From Candidatus Woesebacteria bacterium GW2011_GWB1_39_10 (GTDB lineage: Bacteria; Patescibacteriota; Microgenomatia; UBA8517), in NCBI GenBank assembly GCA_000993205.1, contig LBVU01000004.1:27338-91337 (forward strand): a stretch of DNA of 64,000 nt, in the 5' to 3' direction. Position numbers and translations under genes: made by a program. The notes below the pieces were generated by a model, which did not search any database, was not told the origin of the DNA, and saw only the letters and a program-made list of their open reading frames with translations. Of this stretch, positions 35,166-45,491 are shown piece by piece. Position 1 is the stretch's first letter. Each line of letters opens with the position of its first letter.

Positions 35166-36419
35166 TTATGTCATCGAGATTCCGGGAAATGAAACTATAA
35201 ATTTACCTCCATTTTTGACAAAAGCCCGTTCTTTTTTAATTATTTCCTTTTTATAATTCCACGCAAGAAGCAATACATACTTCACACTATCTTTTCTAAA
35301 TATTTCCGGTGAAACAATTGGAATGTGCGTTCCCGGAGTAAACCGACCTTGTCTTTCGAGAGACTCGTCAACTATATAGTCCAAGATGTCATTGCCAATT
35401 CCACAAGTACTCAGAAAGGTATTTGCACGCCCTCCTGCCCCGTAGCCAACGATTCTTGACCCGCTTTTTTTAATACCCAATAACAATCTCTTTATGTTCA
35501 CTCTGTGTTTATCAATTTTTAAATCAAAGTTTTTTAGGATTTTCTCATCAACATGTCCAAGTCCGCATTCGTATTTTTTTAATTTTCCGACGCTGACTTC
35601 TATTTTCAGTTTATTGTTAGTTTTAAATTTAGCATAAACACGAATCGAACCGGAATGTATCGACATTTTTTTAACATCAAATATTTCCAGATTAAACTTA
35701 TTCAAAAACGGGTTTAATGTCGACAAGTTGTAATAACTTAGGTGTTCACCATAGAAAAAGTCATATTGCATCATTTTTAAAAGGTCGGGGAAATAGTGAA
35801 CCTCAAAAATTAATACCCCATCACTCTTAAGGAGCTTACTTATACCACTAAATACATTGTCCATATTGTCAATGTGAGCTAAAACATTATTTGCCAAAAT
35901 TACATCAGCCTTTCCATTTTTCTTCAAAATTCGATCCGCTACTTTAACCCCAAAATAATCGAAAACGACATTAATCCCTTTTTTCTTGGCAATTCTCCCA
36001 ACATTTACGGCCGGGTCTACCCCTAGAACTTTATAACCCATTTTTAAAAGCGGAGAGAGTAAGACTCCATCGTTGCTGCCAATTTCCACTATAAAGGAAT
36101 TCTCATTCAAGAATTTCTTTTTTACTTCCTCGGCATATTCCTGAAAATGCTTCGTTAGACTTACCGACGATAGATAATGATAATTTTTAAATAAAGTCTC
36201 GGAAGAAATAATATCCAAATTTTGAATTAGACCGCAACTCTTGCAAAAGAAAATTCGAAGAGGGTAATAATACTCTTTTCCCACCTCCCATGGTTTAAGA
36301 TAATTGCCAGCATGGGGCATATAGCCAAAATCCAGAAATTTGATCAATTTGCGACTTTTGCAAAACCTGCAGATACTTCTCTTTTTGAATTTACCTAATT
36401 TTGCCTTTCTCTTAGTCAT
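35166..36419 (-). CDS. NDP-hexose C-methyltransferase family
   Basis: CRFC and CKSC Zn motifs, EIGSNDG, NNVLAH, YGEHLSYY, HSGSIR, GYGAG, LLAWNY. Confidence 0.87.
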   Translation of the reverse strand: MTKRKAKLGKFKKRSICRFCKSRKLIKFLDFGYMPHAGNYLKPWEVGKEYYYPLRIFFCKSCGLIQNLDIISSETLFKNYHYLSSVSLTKHFQEYAEEVKKKFLNENSFIVEIGSNDGVLLSPLLKMGYKVLGVDPAVNVGRIAKKKGINVVFDYFGVKVADRILKKNGKADVILANNVLAHIDNMDNVFSGISKLLKSDGVLIFEVHYFPDLLKMMQYDFFYGEHLSYYNLSTLNPFLNKFNLEIFDVKKMSIHSGSIRVYAKFKTNNKLKIEVSVGKLKKYECGLGHVDEKILKNFDLKIDKHRVNIKRLLLGIKKSGSRIVGYGAGGRANTFLSTCGIGNDILDYIVDESLERQGRFTPGTHIPIVSPEIFRKDSVKYVLLLAWNYKKEIIKKERAFVKNGGKFIVSFPGISMT

Positions 36420-36466
36420 TTGTGTGTAGTTTAGCAAAAATTGTGCTAACATTCTCTCAAATTGCC

Positions 36467-37225
36467 ATGGCCAAAGATTTTCTGATTCTCGGGGGAGAAT
36501 CCACATTAGCCAAATATTTTATTCAAACTTATGGGGAAAAGTGTGTGGCATTGAACAAAAAGAAGTGCGACATAACAAATATTAAGATTTTGGAGAAAGT
36601 TATAAAGAGAACCAGAGCAGAATATATCCTCAACTGCGCAGCAATTACCGATATTGGATACGCAGAAAAAAATCCTAAAGAATGTTTTAATGTTAACTCC
36701 ATTGCCGTCTGGAATTTAGATATACTTACCCGAAAATATAATAAAAAATTAATCCACCTTTCTTCAGACTATGCAGTTAACCCGACAAATGTTTATGGAT
36801 ATTCTAAGCTAATCAGTGAAAGGCTTATCAACAAGTCTAAAAACCTTATCATACGAACAAGTTTTTATAGCAATAAATATTACATAATAAACTCTCTCGT
36901 TTCGGGTAAAGTCACCAACGCTTACAAAAATGCTTTCTTTAATCCCGTATCCATAAACCGACTAGTCGGGGAAATTTACAAAAACAGAAACAAGCATGGA
37001 ATTCTTAATATTTTTACAGAGAAAAAAATATCCAAATACAGTTTTGCAACAATGGCAGCTAAAACTTTTAATATCGATCGAAAGTTAATTCAGCCGGTTG
37101 ATTTAATTAACGTTGAGGAAAAAGCAAACCTACCATTAAATTCATTCGTTCCATCAGACATCAAAATTCAGCTGGATGAAGATCTTCTTACTTTTAAAAA
37201 ACATTTAAAGCCTATCACGTCTTAA
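36467..37225 (+). CDS. RmlD-like NDP-sugar reductase
   Basis: NCAAITD, AEKNP, HLSSDY, YGYSK, IIRTS. Confidence 0.8.
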   Translation: MAKDFLILGGESTLAKYFIQTYGEKCVALNKKKCDITNIKILEKVIKRTRAEYILNCAAITDIGYAEKNPKECFNVNSIAVWNLDILTRKYNKKLIHLSSDYAVNPTNVYGYSKLISERLINKSKNLIIRTSFYSNKYYIINSLVSGKVTNAYKNAFFNPVSINRLVGEIYKNRNKHGILNIFTEKKISKYSFATMAAKTFNIDRKLIQPVDLINVEEKANLPLNSFVPSDIKIQLDEDLLTFKKHLKPITS

Positions 37226-38435
37226 GGGTCTTAAATATAAAGTACCCCGTAAAGGGCAGGGAAATTAGGGTTCCTATGATAGCCGATGCACCGGCCCCTA
37301 TTATTCCATAAGTTTGTGTGAGAGGAATAATTGTAACCCAAAGACCCAGGGTACTAACAATTGTTACGATTGCAGAATATTTTTGCTTCTCTTTTGCGAC
37401 CAATAAAGAATTTGTCGAACTGGCGATACCCCGAACTACACCAAGTACAGACAGAAGTTTTACAACAGGGATAGCACTCTCCCATCCTTTTCCAAAAAGA
37501 ATATTAACTATCGGTGCGGCAAAAACAAAAACAATTATTCCTGCAGTCGTCATTAATACAAAATTCGCTAAAGTATTTTTAATAAAAGCGGATTTAAGTC
37601 GGGCGGCCTCACCCGAAATCTTGGAAAAGATTGGAAAAGTTACTCTGTAAAAAATATCTCCAACTTCAGTCAGTGGAGCAGTCGAGATTTTATATGCATT
37701 TTGGTAAATTCCCAGTGGAGCGATACCTAAAATTTTACCGACAACGACATTGTCACTTTGTGTATAAAAATAGTCAAAAATCCCAAAAAGTGTTACCCAC
37801 TTACCCCTTTCAACTACTCTTTGTATCTTGACTTTATGAAAAGCAAACTTCGGCCAAGGTCTTGCAACAATAAATGTGTAAAAAACCTCAAAAACTGCAC
37901 TTGCTACAAGCCCCAAAACCATTCCGTATGCGGATTGTAAAATTATTACGCCAAGCACTGAAACCAAGCACTCTATCGAAAAAACCGAAATTCTATATAA
38001 AAATTCTTTGTTAAACTGCAATTCTTTTTGAAATTTAACAATTGAAGGATTAATTAATCCGCGGATTAAAGGTACTAAAGAAGCTATATACAAAAGAGCC
38101 TTTGATCCGGGCGAGTTGAAAAATCCCGAAATAGGAGATGCGGTAATAAAAATAAGGATTGAAATTAATAGACCGCGGATAATAGAAACTACCCATGCAG
38201 TATCTATATAGTTATCAATATCCTCCTTTTCCTGAATAAGAAAAATATTAATTCCGGTTTCTGTGATAATCTCTAAAAATCCCAAAATTATCGTAACTAC
38301 TCCAAAAACTCCCAAACTAAATGGAGTAAGAATGTGAGCGATAATCGCAATCCGGATAACACCAATAAGACGATACAGGACCCTAAAGGCAGTCATCCAA
38401 CTTAAACCTTTTAGTGTGTCTTTAAAATAACCCAT
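37215..38435 (-). CDS. Polysaccharide flippase (Wzx-like)
   Basis: Multi-TM, LTP..G, QSDNVVVGKILG..LGIY. Confidence 0.85.
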   Translation of the reverse strand: MGYFKDTLKGLSWMTAFRVLYRLIGVIRIAIIAHILTPFSLGVFGVVTIILGFLEIITETGINIFLIQEKEDIDNYIDTAWVVSIIRGLLISILIFITASPISGFFNSPGSKALLYIASLVPLIRGLINPSIVKFQKELQFNKEFLYRISVFSIECLVSVLGVIILQSAYGMVLGLVASAVFEVFYTFIVARPWPKFAFHKVKIQRVVERGKWVTLFGIFDYFYTQSDNVVVGKILGIAPLGIYQNAYKISTAPLTEVGDIFYRVTFPIFSKISGEAARLKSAFIKNTLANFVLMTTAGIIVFVFAAPIVNILFGKGWESAIPVVKLLSVLGVVRGIASSTNSLLVAKEKQKYSAIVTIVSTLGLWVTIIPLTQTYGIIGAGASAIIGTLISLPFTGYFIFKTLKT

Positions 38436-39379
38436 TATCTATTAATTATACCTGATACAAACCCTCCCATGACACCTAGGTCAGAAACTATTTGAAGAAT
38501 GGGTCCCCAGACAGCCACTCGGTAGTCTCGAAATTCAAGATATATTTTCCGAAACGCGTAAATTAAATAAAGAAAAAAGAAAAAAAGCAAATAGGCGAGT
38601 AGGTAGGGGAACTCAAAACTAAGAACTAATAACGAAAAACCTGCAAGGTAACGAAAGAGAACAAAAAGAGCTTTAATATTGTGCGACGCAAAGCCTTTTC
38701 CGGGAAATATCCAAATTTTTGATTTTGCGTCCCCTTTTGCATATTCATAAATCTTAGATCTGAAATCCTTGATCGACCCGGGCATCCCCCACTCTACGAT
38801 TGCATTTTTCATGCGTGAAATCTTAGCTCCATTTTTAATTAATTTATAGTTAAAAACTGTATCCTCCGCCGTTCTCTCCGCCCCCTCAGGAAACCCACCA
38901 ACCTTTTCCCAAATTTTCTTTGTGAAAGCAATTGAGCGTGTTGAAGGCAAAAAACTGACATCAAAATCTTTCGGCCTTGTCCCTAAAAATACGGACATTG
39001 CCTTTTTGACAGGGTGCGACCCTGTCATGCGGTAAAACCCCGCAACAACATCGACTCCTGCATTATCAAAAGGGGAAATTATGTTTTTTATCCAATAGGG
39101 AGAAGCTACGCAACCGGCATCGGTCATAAGAATAATTTCACTTTTTGCAATTTCCACACCCAGGTTGCGGCCTCTGGCCCTTGAACATTTTTCGACAAGA
39201 AGTTTAATACGACCTTCTCTTTTTTGATAATGTCTGATTATTTCAACTGTTTTATCTTCAGAGCCGCCATCAACAATGATAATCTGATCAGGTTTTTTTG
39301 GCTGCGCCAACAGAGAATCCAAAAGTCGCCCTATTGAATCTTCTTCATTTAGCGTTGTTATACAAATCGAGATATTCAT
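38435..39379 (-). CDS. Family 2 glycosyltransferase
   Basis: NEEDSI, VDGGSEDKT, TDAG, GGF..AEDT. Confidence 0.88.
   Translation of the reverse strand: MNISICITTLNEEDSIGRLLDSLLAQPKKPDQIIIVDGGSEDKTVEIIRHYQKREGRIKLLVEKCSRARGRNLGVEIAKSEIILMTDAGCVASPYWIKNIISPFDNAGVDVVAGFYRMTGSHPVKKAMSVFLGTRPKDFDVSFLPSTRSIAFTKKIWEKVGGFPEGAERTAEDTVFNYKLIKNGAKISRMKNAIVEWGMPGSIKDFRSKIYEYAKGDAKSKIWIFPGKGFASHNIKALFVLFRYLAGFSLLVLSFEFPYLLAYLLFFFFLYLIYAFRKIYLEFRDYRVAVWGPILQIVSDLGVMGGFVSGIINR
39007..39027. repeat. REP-like palindrome inside the GT2 gene
   Basis: TGACAGGGT-GCG-ACCCTGTCA. Confidence 0.72.
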
Positions 39380-40280
39380 TTGCCAGTTTGTCCCAAGTTT
39401 GGGATTTTACCCACTGCTTAACATTCTTGTCGCTAAAAGGCGACATTTTCCAATAGTCTTCTTTAACCTTATTATTCCAAAACAATTTTAACTTACATCT
39501 ATATGATATTGCTTCCAGAACCGCCAAATACCCTCCGGGAACACAATATTTTGCTTTTTTAAAAAACGGAGCCGGATCGGTAAACCCATGCACCTTTCCA
39601 TATTTCCCGCATTCTTTTCTAAGTTGACCATCACCGCAAAAGTCAACTTCATATTTAACCGCTTTGTTAGCCGCTGGTTTATTGGCCAACCATTCTAAAA
39701 ACTTACAAAGTCCGGTATTTTCCTCCAGTCTCCCCACATAAACGATACTATTTGCTTCTTTTGCTACACTGCTATGTATCACTGTAGCAGCACCATAAAT
39801 TATTTTATTAAATTTAACTTTTAAGTATTTTTCTAGAAATTTACCGACCCCAATTGTTCCTGCTGAAAGTTTAACGACAAGTCTTTTTTGCCAAATACTA
39901 AATTTTGATAATGGATTATCCCACTCCAGTCCGTGAATAGTCGTAAATACGGCTTTTTTAGGATACAAAAATCTAAACGGCAAATACCAAATAAAAATAT
40001 CGTGTATATGAACGACGTCTGCCTCCTGGATTAATTTTCGGTTTTTAAATATTTCCCGCCAGATAAACAATAGTCCCAAAAATTTTATGTGTGGATAAGA
40101 AAATCTTACAACTTCTATCCCATTTGTTATTTCTTTATCCTTTAATCCAGAGTTGTATTTCTCTGTAAGTATGGTCACGCTATTCCTTTTTCGCTTTAAG
40201 CTCTTAGCTACTTCGTAGACATGTTTTTCTACCCCTCCGATATGGGGATGGTAAAGACGAGTGATAAAAAGGATGTTCAT
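39345..40280 (-). CDS. Family 4 glycosyltransferase
   Basis: PHIGGVEKHV, DVVHIH, YVGRLE, GDGQLR, LEA. Confidence 0.83.
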   Translation of the reverse strand: MNILFITRLYHPHIGGVEKHVYEVAKSLKRKRNSVTILTEKYNSGLKDKEITNGIEVVRFSYPHIKFLGLLFIWREIFKNRKLIQEADVVHIHDIFIWYLPFRFLYPKKAVFTTIHGLEWDNPLSKFSIWQKRLVVKLSAGTIGVGKFLEKYLKVKFNKIIYGAATVIHSSVAKEANSIVYVGRLEENTGLCKFLEWLANKPAANKAVKYEVDFCGDGQLRKECGKYGKVHGFTDPAPFFKKAKYCVPGGYLAVLEAISYRCKLKLFWNNKVKEDYWKMSPFSDKNVKQWVKSQTWDKLANEYLDLYNNAK

Positions 40281-41053
40281 TTTTTCTGAGCCACTAAAAT
40301 CATCAAATTTGGTTTCCTTATTTGGATAGGAAGTAGCTTAAGTATTAATTTCTTTAATAAATAATATTTTCTAAATGCATAAAGAAAGTGTTCTTCAAGA
40401 ACTTTGTACCCGGACATCTCCAGCTCATATTTAAGAATTTCCGAAGTGTACGCCCTAAGGTGACCGTTAGGGTTTGTTCCTTTTTCTAACATAAGTTCCA
40501 ATCCTTCATTTAGTGGAACAGATATAATCAGCTTGCCATTTTTTTTCAAAACCCTAGAAAACTCTGAGTAGGCCCGAAAGGTACTGTTTGTTGGTAGGTG
40601 TTCAAGAACATCTAAGGCAAGTATTACATCCATTGATTCTCGATTAAACGGGATTTTGAGTATATTTCCAATTTTATACGTTCCGATTAATTTCCTGGAA
40701 ATAATTTTAATCGTAGATGAGGCTATATCTATACCGAAAAGGTTATATTTCGAATTTTGTAATGATTTTTCAACTTCACCAGTACCAACACCCACATCAA
40801 GTAGATTACCGTAACCAGCCTTTAACATCTTCAATATTTGTTTAACTTTATCTTTGTAGATAGAGCTCGAAACCAAGTCCTTATGTCCGATAGAATTAAT
40901 TCTGTTCCAAAACTTCGGGGTATTTAAATCTTTCTCAGCAACAAACATTGTTGAGTACGAATCTTTAAATTTCTTATTTCTACGACTTTTTGCCAAATTA
41001 TCTCTAACATTTTCAGCTTCAAAAAGATTTTGGGTATTGACAATGTATTTCAT
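40277..41053 (-). CDS. Class I SAM-dependent methyltransferase
   Basis: LLDVGVGTG, GIDI, DVLEHL, RVLKKNG. Confidence 0.85.
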   Translation of the reverse strand: MKYIVNTQNLFEAENVRDNLAKSRRNKKFKDSYSTMFVAEKDLNTPKFWNRINSIGHKDLVSSSIYKDKVKQILKMLKAGYGNLLDVGVGTGEVEKSLQNSKYNLFGIDIASSTIKIISRKLIGTYKIGNILKIPFNRESMDVILALDVLEHLPTNSTFRAYSEFSRVLKKNGKLIISVPLNEGLELMLEKGTNPNGHLRAYTSEILKYELEMSGYKVLEEHFLYAFRKYYLLKKLILKLLPIQIRKPNLMILVAQKK

Positions 41054-41074
41054 AGTTATGAAACTGTGTTTGTA

Positions 41075-42976
41075 ATGAGAAAAAGCTTGAAAGGTACCTT
41101 TTTTCTCATTGTTGTTTGTTTGTTGTTCTTCTTGGTACCTGCAAACTCCGGCACCCAAGCCCAGTCATCACTTTTCGAGGACAATTTTAACACAAATCCA
41201 AACGGTTCGGTTCCGAACAGTTGGACCATTGATGGTCCATCGGGTTGGAACGTCCAAAATGGAATGTATGGTATAAATACAGCTGGTGTAAGCAATACGG
41301 TTCCTAAAGATGAATATTGGGACTCTACTTGGAAAAATATTTCATTCGATGTTGACGCAATGTGGATGTCAGGGCAAGATAAAAATATTATTTTTCACTA
41401 TATTGGTACATATAGTTTTTATGAAATCCACTACAACGAAGATGATGGCGGAACCTTCCATATAGATCGGCATATTGATCAAACAAACGGAGCATCTGTG
41501 GCAACTCCACTTAAGAATTATCACTTAAACAACGGGGTACTTTACCATTTTAGAGTTGAATTATCAGATAACCACATAAAAATATTTGAGGGTGCGAACA
41601 CACTGTTTGACATCCAAGACAATACCCCAAACCCTATCTTAGGCGGAAAAATAGGGTTAAGAGCTGGGGGCACTGAAGTCTGGTTTGATAATGTCGTTGT
41701 CACTGAAATTTCAGCAGAAACACCCACTCCATCACCAACTCCAACTCCCACACCATCTCCAACACCCTCGCCGACCCCTACACCTGTTACTAAAGTATTT
41801 TTAATTCCTGGAACAGGGGCCAGCTGGAATGTAGATGCACTTATTAATTGCAAAGAGTCCGGTTATTCGGGAGACTGGACCATGGCGCCATATGCAAAAG
41901 AAGTTTATTCCCAATTACTAAGTTCGCTAACCGCCGCGGGTTGGGACACAACTACTTTTAATTATGACTGGCGAAAACAAGTTCCGGAAAATTCCTCGCT
42001 TTTTTCAAACTTTGTAAATTCAAATGTTGGTTTGAACGAAAAAGCAGACATCGTAAGTCATAGTTTGGGGGGCCTAATAGGCAGAAATTATTTGGAAAGT
42101 CAAAGCGGCGGAAAAGCGTCCAAACTACTCACCGTGGGAACTCCACACAAGGGCCTGGCAATTACCTATCCTGCTGTAGTTAACAACGAAATCTGGGCAA
42201 ATGACCTGGTCGAAAAAATAGCCGCAACTTTACTATTTAAGCATTGTGGTGTCCCTGCGTCATTTAAAAACATGCTTCCAATCTATGACTACTTAAGGAA
42301 TAGTAAAACAAATCAATTGAAAGATGTTAACAGTATGGAAACTAAAAACAATTACTTACCGACCAATTTTGTCAGTCCGTTTTGGGGAGTGAAAGTGGGA
42401 ACTCTGGCGGGAACTGGTAAACGGACACTAAAAATAATAGACGTTATTAAAAATTCTTCCTGGCCGGATGGGAAACCTGTAGGCCGGGAAAATGTGAACG
42501 AAGGAGATGGTATGGTTTTGATTGATAGTGCGCAAATTCCCGGAGCAGCTTCAAATGAAGTGATAAATCAATCTCATTCCGGAATTATCGCTTCAACCGA
42601 AGGGGTAAGTAAAATTTTAGAATTTCTTGGAGCGCCCGGAATTGAAGATCCGCCGTATTTTGACCCAACCTCTGCTTTAATTTTAGTTGGCTATCCCGGA
42701 AACTTCTGGATAACCGATCGGAATGGCGTCACTACTCAGAGCGATAAAGGAATGATCGCCATAATGAATCCTGAAGATGGCAACTATAGACTTCAGATGA
42801 TTCCAACTTCGGGAAGTACTTCTTTTATTGTTGCTCAATTCCTTCCTAACGGAAAAACTTTATATAAGGAATATAAATTTAAGGGAATCAGACAAAACCC
42901 TAAAGTTATTGAATTTAGCTCGAAAAACCCAAAAGAGAATATTTTGAATTCCCCCAAGTCATGGTTTGAGTATTGA
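41075..42976 (+). CDS. Secreted protein: lectin-like (DUF1080-like) domain, PT linker and alpha/beta hydrolase
   Basis: Signal peptide, VWFDNVVV, TPTPSPTP linker, YDWR, SHSLGG nucleophile, GTPHKG, GDGMV, H. Confidence 0.78.
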   Translation: MRKSLKGTFFLIVVCLLFFLVPANSGTQAQSSLFEDNFNTNPNGSVPNSWTIDGPSGWNVQNGMYGINTAGVSNTVPKDEYWDSTWKNISFDVDAMWMSGQDKNIIFHYIGTYSFYEIHYNEDDGGTFHIDRHIDQTNGASVATPLKNYHLNNGVLYHFRVELSDNHIKIFEGANTLFDIQDNTPNPILGGKIGLRAGGTEVWFDNVVVTEISAETPTPSPTPTPTPSPTPSPTPTPVTKVFLIPGTGASWNVDALINCKESGYSGDWTMAPYAKEVYSQLLSSLTAAGWDTTTFNYDWRKQVPENSSLFSNFVNSNVGLNEKADIVSHSLGGLIGRNYLESQSGGKASKLLTVGTPHKGLAITYPAVVNNEIWANDLVEKIAATLLFKHCGVPASFKNMLPIYDYLRNSKTNQLKDVNSMETKNNYLPTNFVSPFWGVKVGTLAGTGKRTLKIIDVIKNSSWPDGKPVGRENVNEGDGMVLIDSAQIPGAASNEVINQSHSGIIASTEGVSKILEFLGAPGIEDPPYFDPTSALILVGYPGNFWITDRNGVTTQSDKGMIAIMNPEDGNYRLQMIPTSGSTSFIVAQFLPNGKTLYKEYKFKGIRQNPKVIEFSSKNPKENILNSPKSWFEY

Positions 42977-42977
42977 A

Positions 42978-43640
42978 TCAAGATTTGTTTGCAAACCTGG
43001 CTTTTGCAAATACAAAAAGTTTGTAGATGATAATTATTCCAACTGTTATGAGTGCCGGACCGTGGAAAAACGAAAAAGGCGGGGTCCCTACGTCCGTCCC
43101 TACACCAATCGAGTGAATGCCAATTAAAACAAACACCAGATAATTAAGGATGTGGAATTTTCTCCAATTGACCCTCATATAAGGGGTAGCGGCACGAAGT
43201 AACCCTGCCCAGACGGAAATATTTAAAAGCCAAAAAGAGACCCTGCCCAATGTGTAGAAAAAATCGATTCTTGTCGGGCATAACAAACAAAAACCCGTAA
43301 AAATATAAAATGGGTCCAATCCCCGTCCCAAAAAATAATTAAAGAACATAAAACTAATTGGATGTAAGATAATCAAAATATAAGCAATTACTCCCTCAAT
43401 GATATGAAATCTGAATATCCAACCTCCAAGTTTGTTTGTCCATTTTTCCATAAATGCGCCAAGAATTATCTGAAAAAACAATAAGGTAAACGCGGTAAGT
43501 CCTAAAAATCTTTGGACAAAGTTTGCAATTGTGGAAGAATTTCTTAGTACATAAACAGGTGGAGTATTGGCAAGCAACGAAATAGGTACCAGACTTAATA
43601 CTCCTAGCCAAATAATGTAAAAAATGATTTTATTTTTCAT
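42978..43640 (-). CDS. Ferric reductase-like transmembrane protein
   Basis: TM helices with conserved His (FRFH, LHP, WRKFH, IHS); start refined to ATG 43640. Confidence 0.75.
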   Translation of the reverse strand: MKNKIIFYIIWLGVLSLVPISLLANTPPVYVLRNSSTIANFVQRFLGLTAFTLLFFQIILGAFMEKWTNKLGGWIFRFHIIEGVIAYILIILHPISFMFFNYFLGRGLDPFYIFTGFCLLCPTRIDFFYTLGRVSFWLLNISVWAGLLRAATPYMRVNWRKFHILNYLVFVLIGIHSIGVGTDVGTPPFSFFHGPALITVGIIIIYKLFVFAKARFANKS

Positions 43641-43645
43641 ATTAG

Positions 43646-43717
43646 TGGACGACGTTGGAATCGGACCAACGACCTTTCGAATGTGAGTCGAATGTTCTAC
43701 CACTGAACTAGTCGTCC
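43646..43717 (-). tRNA. tRNA-Val(CAC)
   Basis: GGACGAC/GTCGTCC acceptor, TTCGA-CTCACAT-TCGAA, T loop TCCGATT. Confidence 0.92.
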
Positions 43718-43836
43718 TCCTCAATGTATTTTACCATGAAGGTTACCAAACCTGAATGGCAAGCTATGCTTACCATCTTGACAAGACTTAACACACCCCC
43801 TAAAGTAAAACGTAATGATTCATATCATTACACAAT

Positions 43837-44895
43837 ATGAATCAAAAGTTTTCCCTAGCACTATCCTACGACGATGTTTTGTTGGTTCCCCAATTTTCAA
43901 AGATCGGGAGCAGGGGGGACGTGGATCTTTCAATTCAACTGACTCCAAAAATAGTTCTTAAAATCCCCCTTGTTAGTGCTAACATGTCTGATGTAACGGG
44001 GATAGAAATGGCAATAGAGATGGGTAAACTTGGCGGGCTGGGAATAATTCCCAGATTTATGATTCCGGAAGAGCAAGCTTCAATGATTGACGCAGTAAAA
44101 AAAGAGAAGGTAATGGTTGGCGCCGCAATCGGAATTAGAAATGGTATGTATGATAGGGCGGAAGTTCTTCTTAAAGCCGGTGCCGATATTTTTGTACTTG
44201 ATGTTGCCCATGGATATATGGAAAAAACTATCAATGCAGTCGCTGACTTTAAAAATAAATTTGGAAAAGTTGATCTAATTGCAGGCAACGTCGCAACAGA
44301 GGAAGCCGCCACCGCCTTGTTTAAAGTCGGAGCTGATTGTGTGAAGGTTGGAATAGGCCCGGGTTCAATTTGTACGACAAGGGTTGAAACCGGTTCCGGC
44401 GTTCCACAAATAACAGCAATTATTGACGCGGCAAAGGCGGCCAGAAAGTTCGGAAAAACAATTATGGCGGACGGCGGAGCTAAAAATTCGGGAGACATGG
44501 TGAAGGGGCTTGCCGCGGGAGCATCCGCAATCATGGCCGGAAGTCTTTTTGCTGGTACCGACGAAGCCCCGGGAAAAACTGTAATCATAAACGGTAAAAG
44601 ATTTAAAAATTACAATGCATCCACTTCACGAACAGAAAAGAAAAATCATATCAAAGTTGCGGGGGGCGAATTTGAAAAACATTACGCAAAACAAATCGAA
44701 GGAGTAGAAAGCCTTGTTCCGTCTAAAGGTCCGCTTACACCAATAATAGAAACTTTTTCCGCAAATATTCGTTCAGGTTTAAGTTATTCGGGTGCAATAA
44801 ATATTCCCGAACTTTGGGAAAAAGCTCAATTTATTCAAATAACTGCTATGGGGCGCCGTGAAAGTGAGGCCCACGATGTTATAGTACAATGCTAG
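43837..44895 (+). CDS. guaB: IMP dehydrogenase / GMP reductase family protein without CBS domains
   Basis: LSYDDVLLVP, LDVAHG, AGNVAT, GIGPGSICTTR, ADGG. Confidence 0.8.
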   Translation: MNQKFSLALSYDDVLLVPQFSKIGSRGDVDLSIQLTPKIVLKIPLVSANMSDVTGIEMAIEMGKLGGLGIIPRFMIPEEQASMIDAVKKEKVMVGAAIGIRNGMYDRAEVLLKAGADIFVLDVAHGYMEKTINAVADFKNKFGKVDLIAGNVATEEAATALFKVGADCVKVGIGPGSICTTRVETGSGVPQITAIIDAAKAARKFGKTIMADGGAKNSGDMVKGLAAGASAIMAGSLFAGTDEAPGKTVIINGKRFKNYNASTSRTEKKNHIKVAGGEFEKHYAKQIEGVESLVPSKGPLTPIIETFSANIRSGLSYSGAINIPELWEKAQFIQITAMGRRESEAHDVIVQC

Positions 44896-44939
44896 TACTT
44901 GTGTTTACTCCTTGACCCCAAATATAATGAAACTTACAT

Positions 44940-45491
44940 ATGTTCGGTAAAGTTGGTGCATTTTTTTTGGATATATTGGAAGTAGTTGTATTTGCTGTCG
45001 GCATTTTCTTTTTCGTCTACCTTCTCATTATGCGTCCCCATAAAATTAAAGGACAATCTATGCACCCCAACTTTCCGGATGGTGAATATTTACTAACCGA
45101 AAAAGTAACTTACTATACCAGAAGTCCTAAAAGAGGAGATGTCGTTGTTTTTACTCCTCCGATCTCAGAAACAGACGAATTTATTAAAAGAATTATTGGA
45201 CTTCCGGGAGAACGTATCATGCTCAAAGATAATCGCGTCTATATCAACGATACTCTTCTGACCGAATCATATCTTTCTAATGATATTTATACAGAAAACG
45301 AAGGATTTTTAAAGGATGGAGAAAATTATACGGTTCCGACCGATCAATACTTTGTAATGGGAGACAATAGACCCCACTCCTCCGATTCCAGGTCTTGGGG
45401 TTCTATTACTAAAAAATCAATTAGTGGAAGAGCTTGGATAATTTATTGGCCTCTTAATCTTTCGGAAGTAGTAAAAATACCAACGTATTAA
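44940..45491 (+). CDS. lepB: Signal peptidase I
   Basis: GQSMHP, FIKRIIGLPG, GDNRPHSSDSR. Confidence 0.93.
   Translation: MFGKVGAFFLDILEVVVFAVGIFFFVYLLIMRPHKIKGQSMHPNFPDGEYLLTEKVTYYTRSPKRGDVVVFTPPISETDEFIKRIIGLPGERIMLKDNRVYINDTLLTESYLSNDIYTENEGFLKDGENYTVPTDQYFVMGDNRPHSSDSRSWGSITKKSISGRAWIIYWPLNLSEVVKIPTY

Noticed and set aside
41720-41790. Tandem repeat in the secreted hydrolase
   Set aside because: Codon-phased Pro/Thr linker, ordinary and unrelated to the period-7 tracts
43641-43724. N-terminal extension of the ferric reductase-like ORF
   Set aside because: Overlaps tRNA-Val; the real start is ATG 43640
43746-43776. Imperfect palindrome ATGGCAAGC-TAT-GCTTACCAT upstream of the guaB-like gene
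   Set aside because: Single imperfect copy and no purine riboswitch consensus visible
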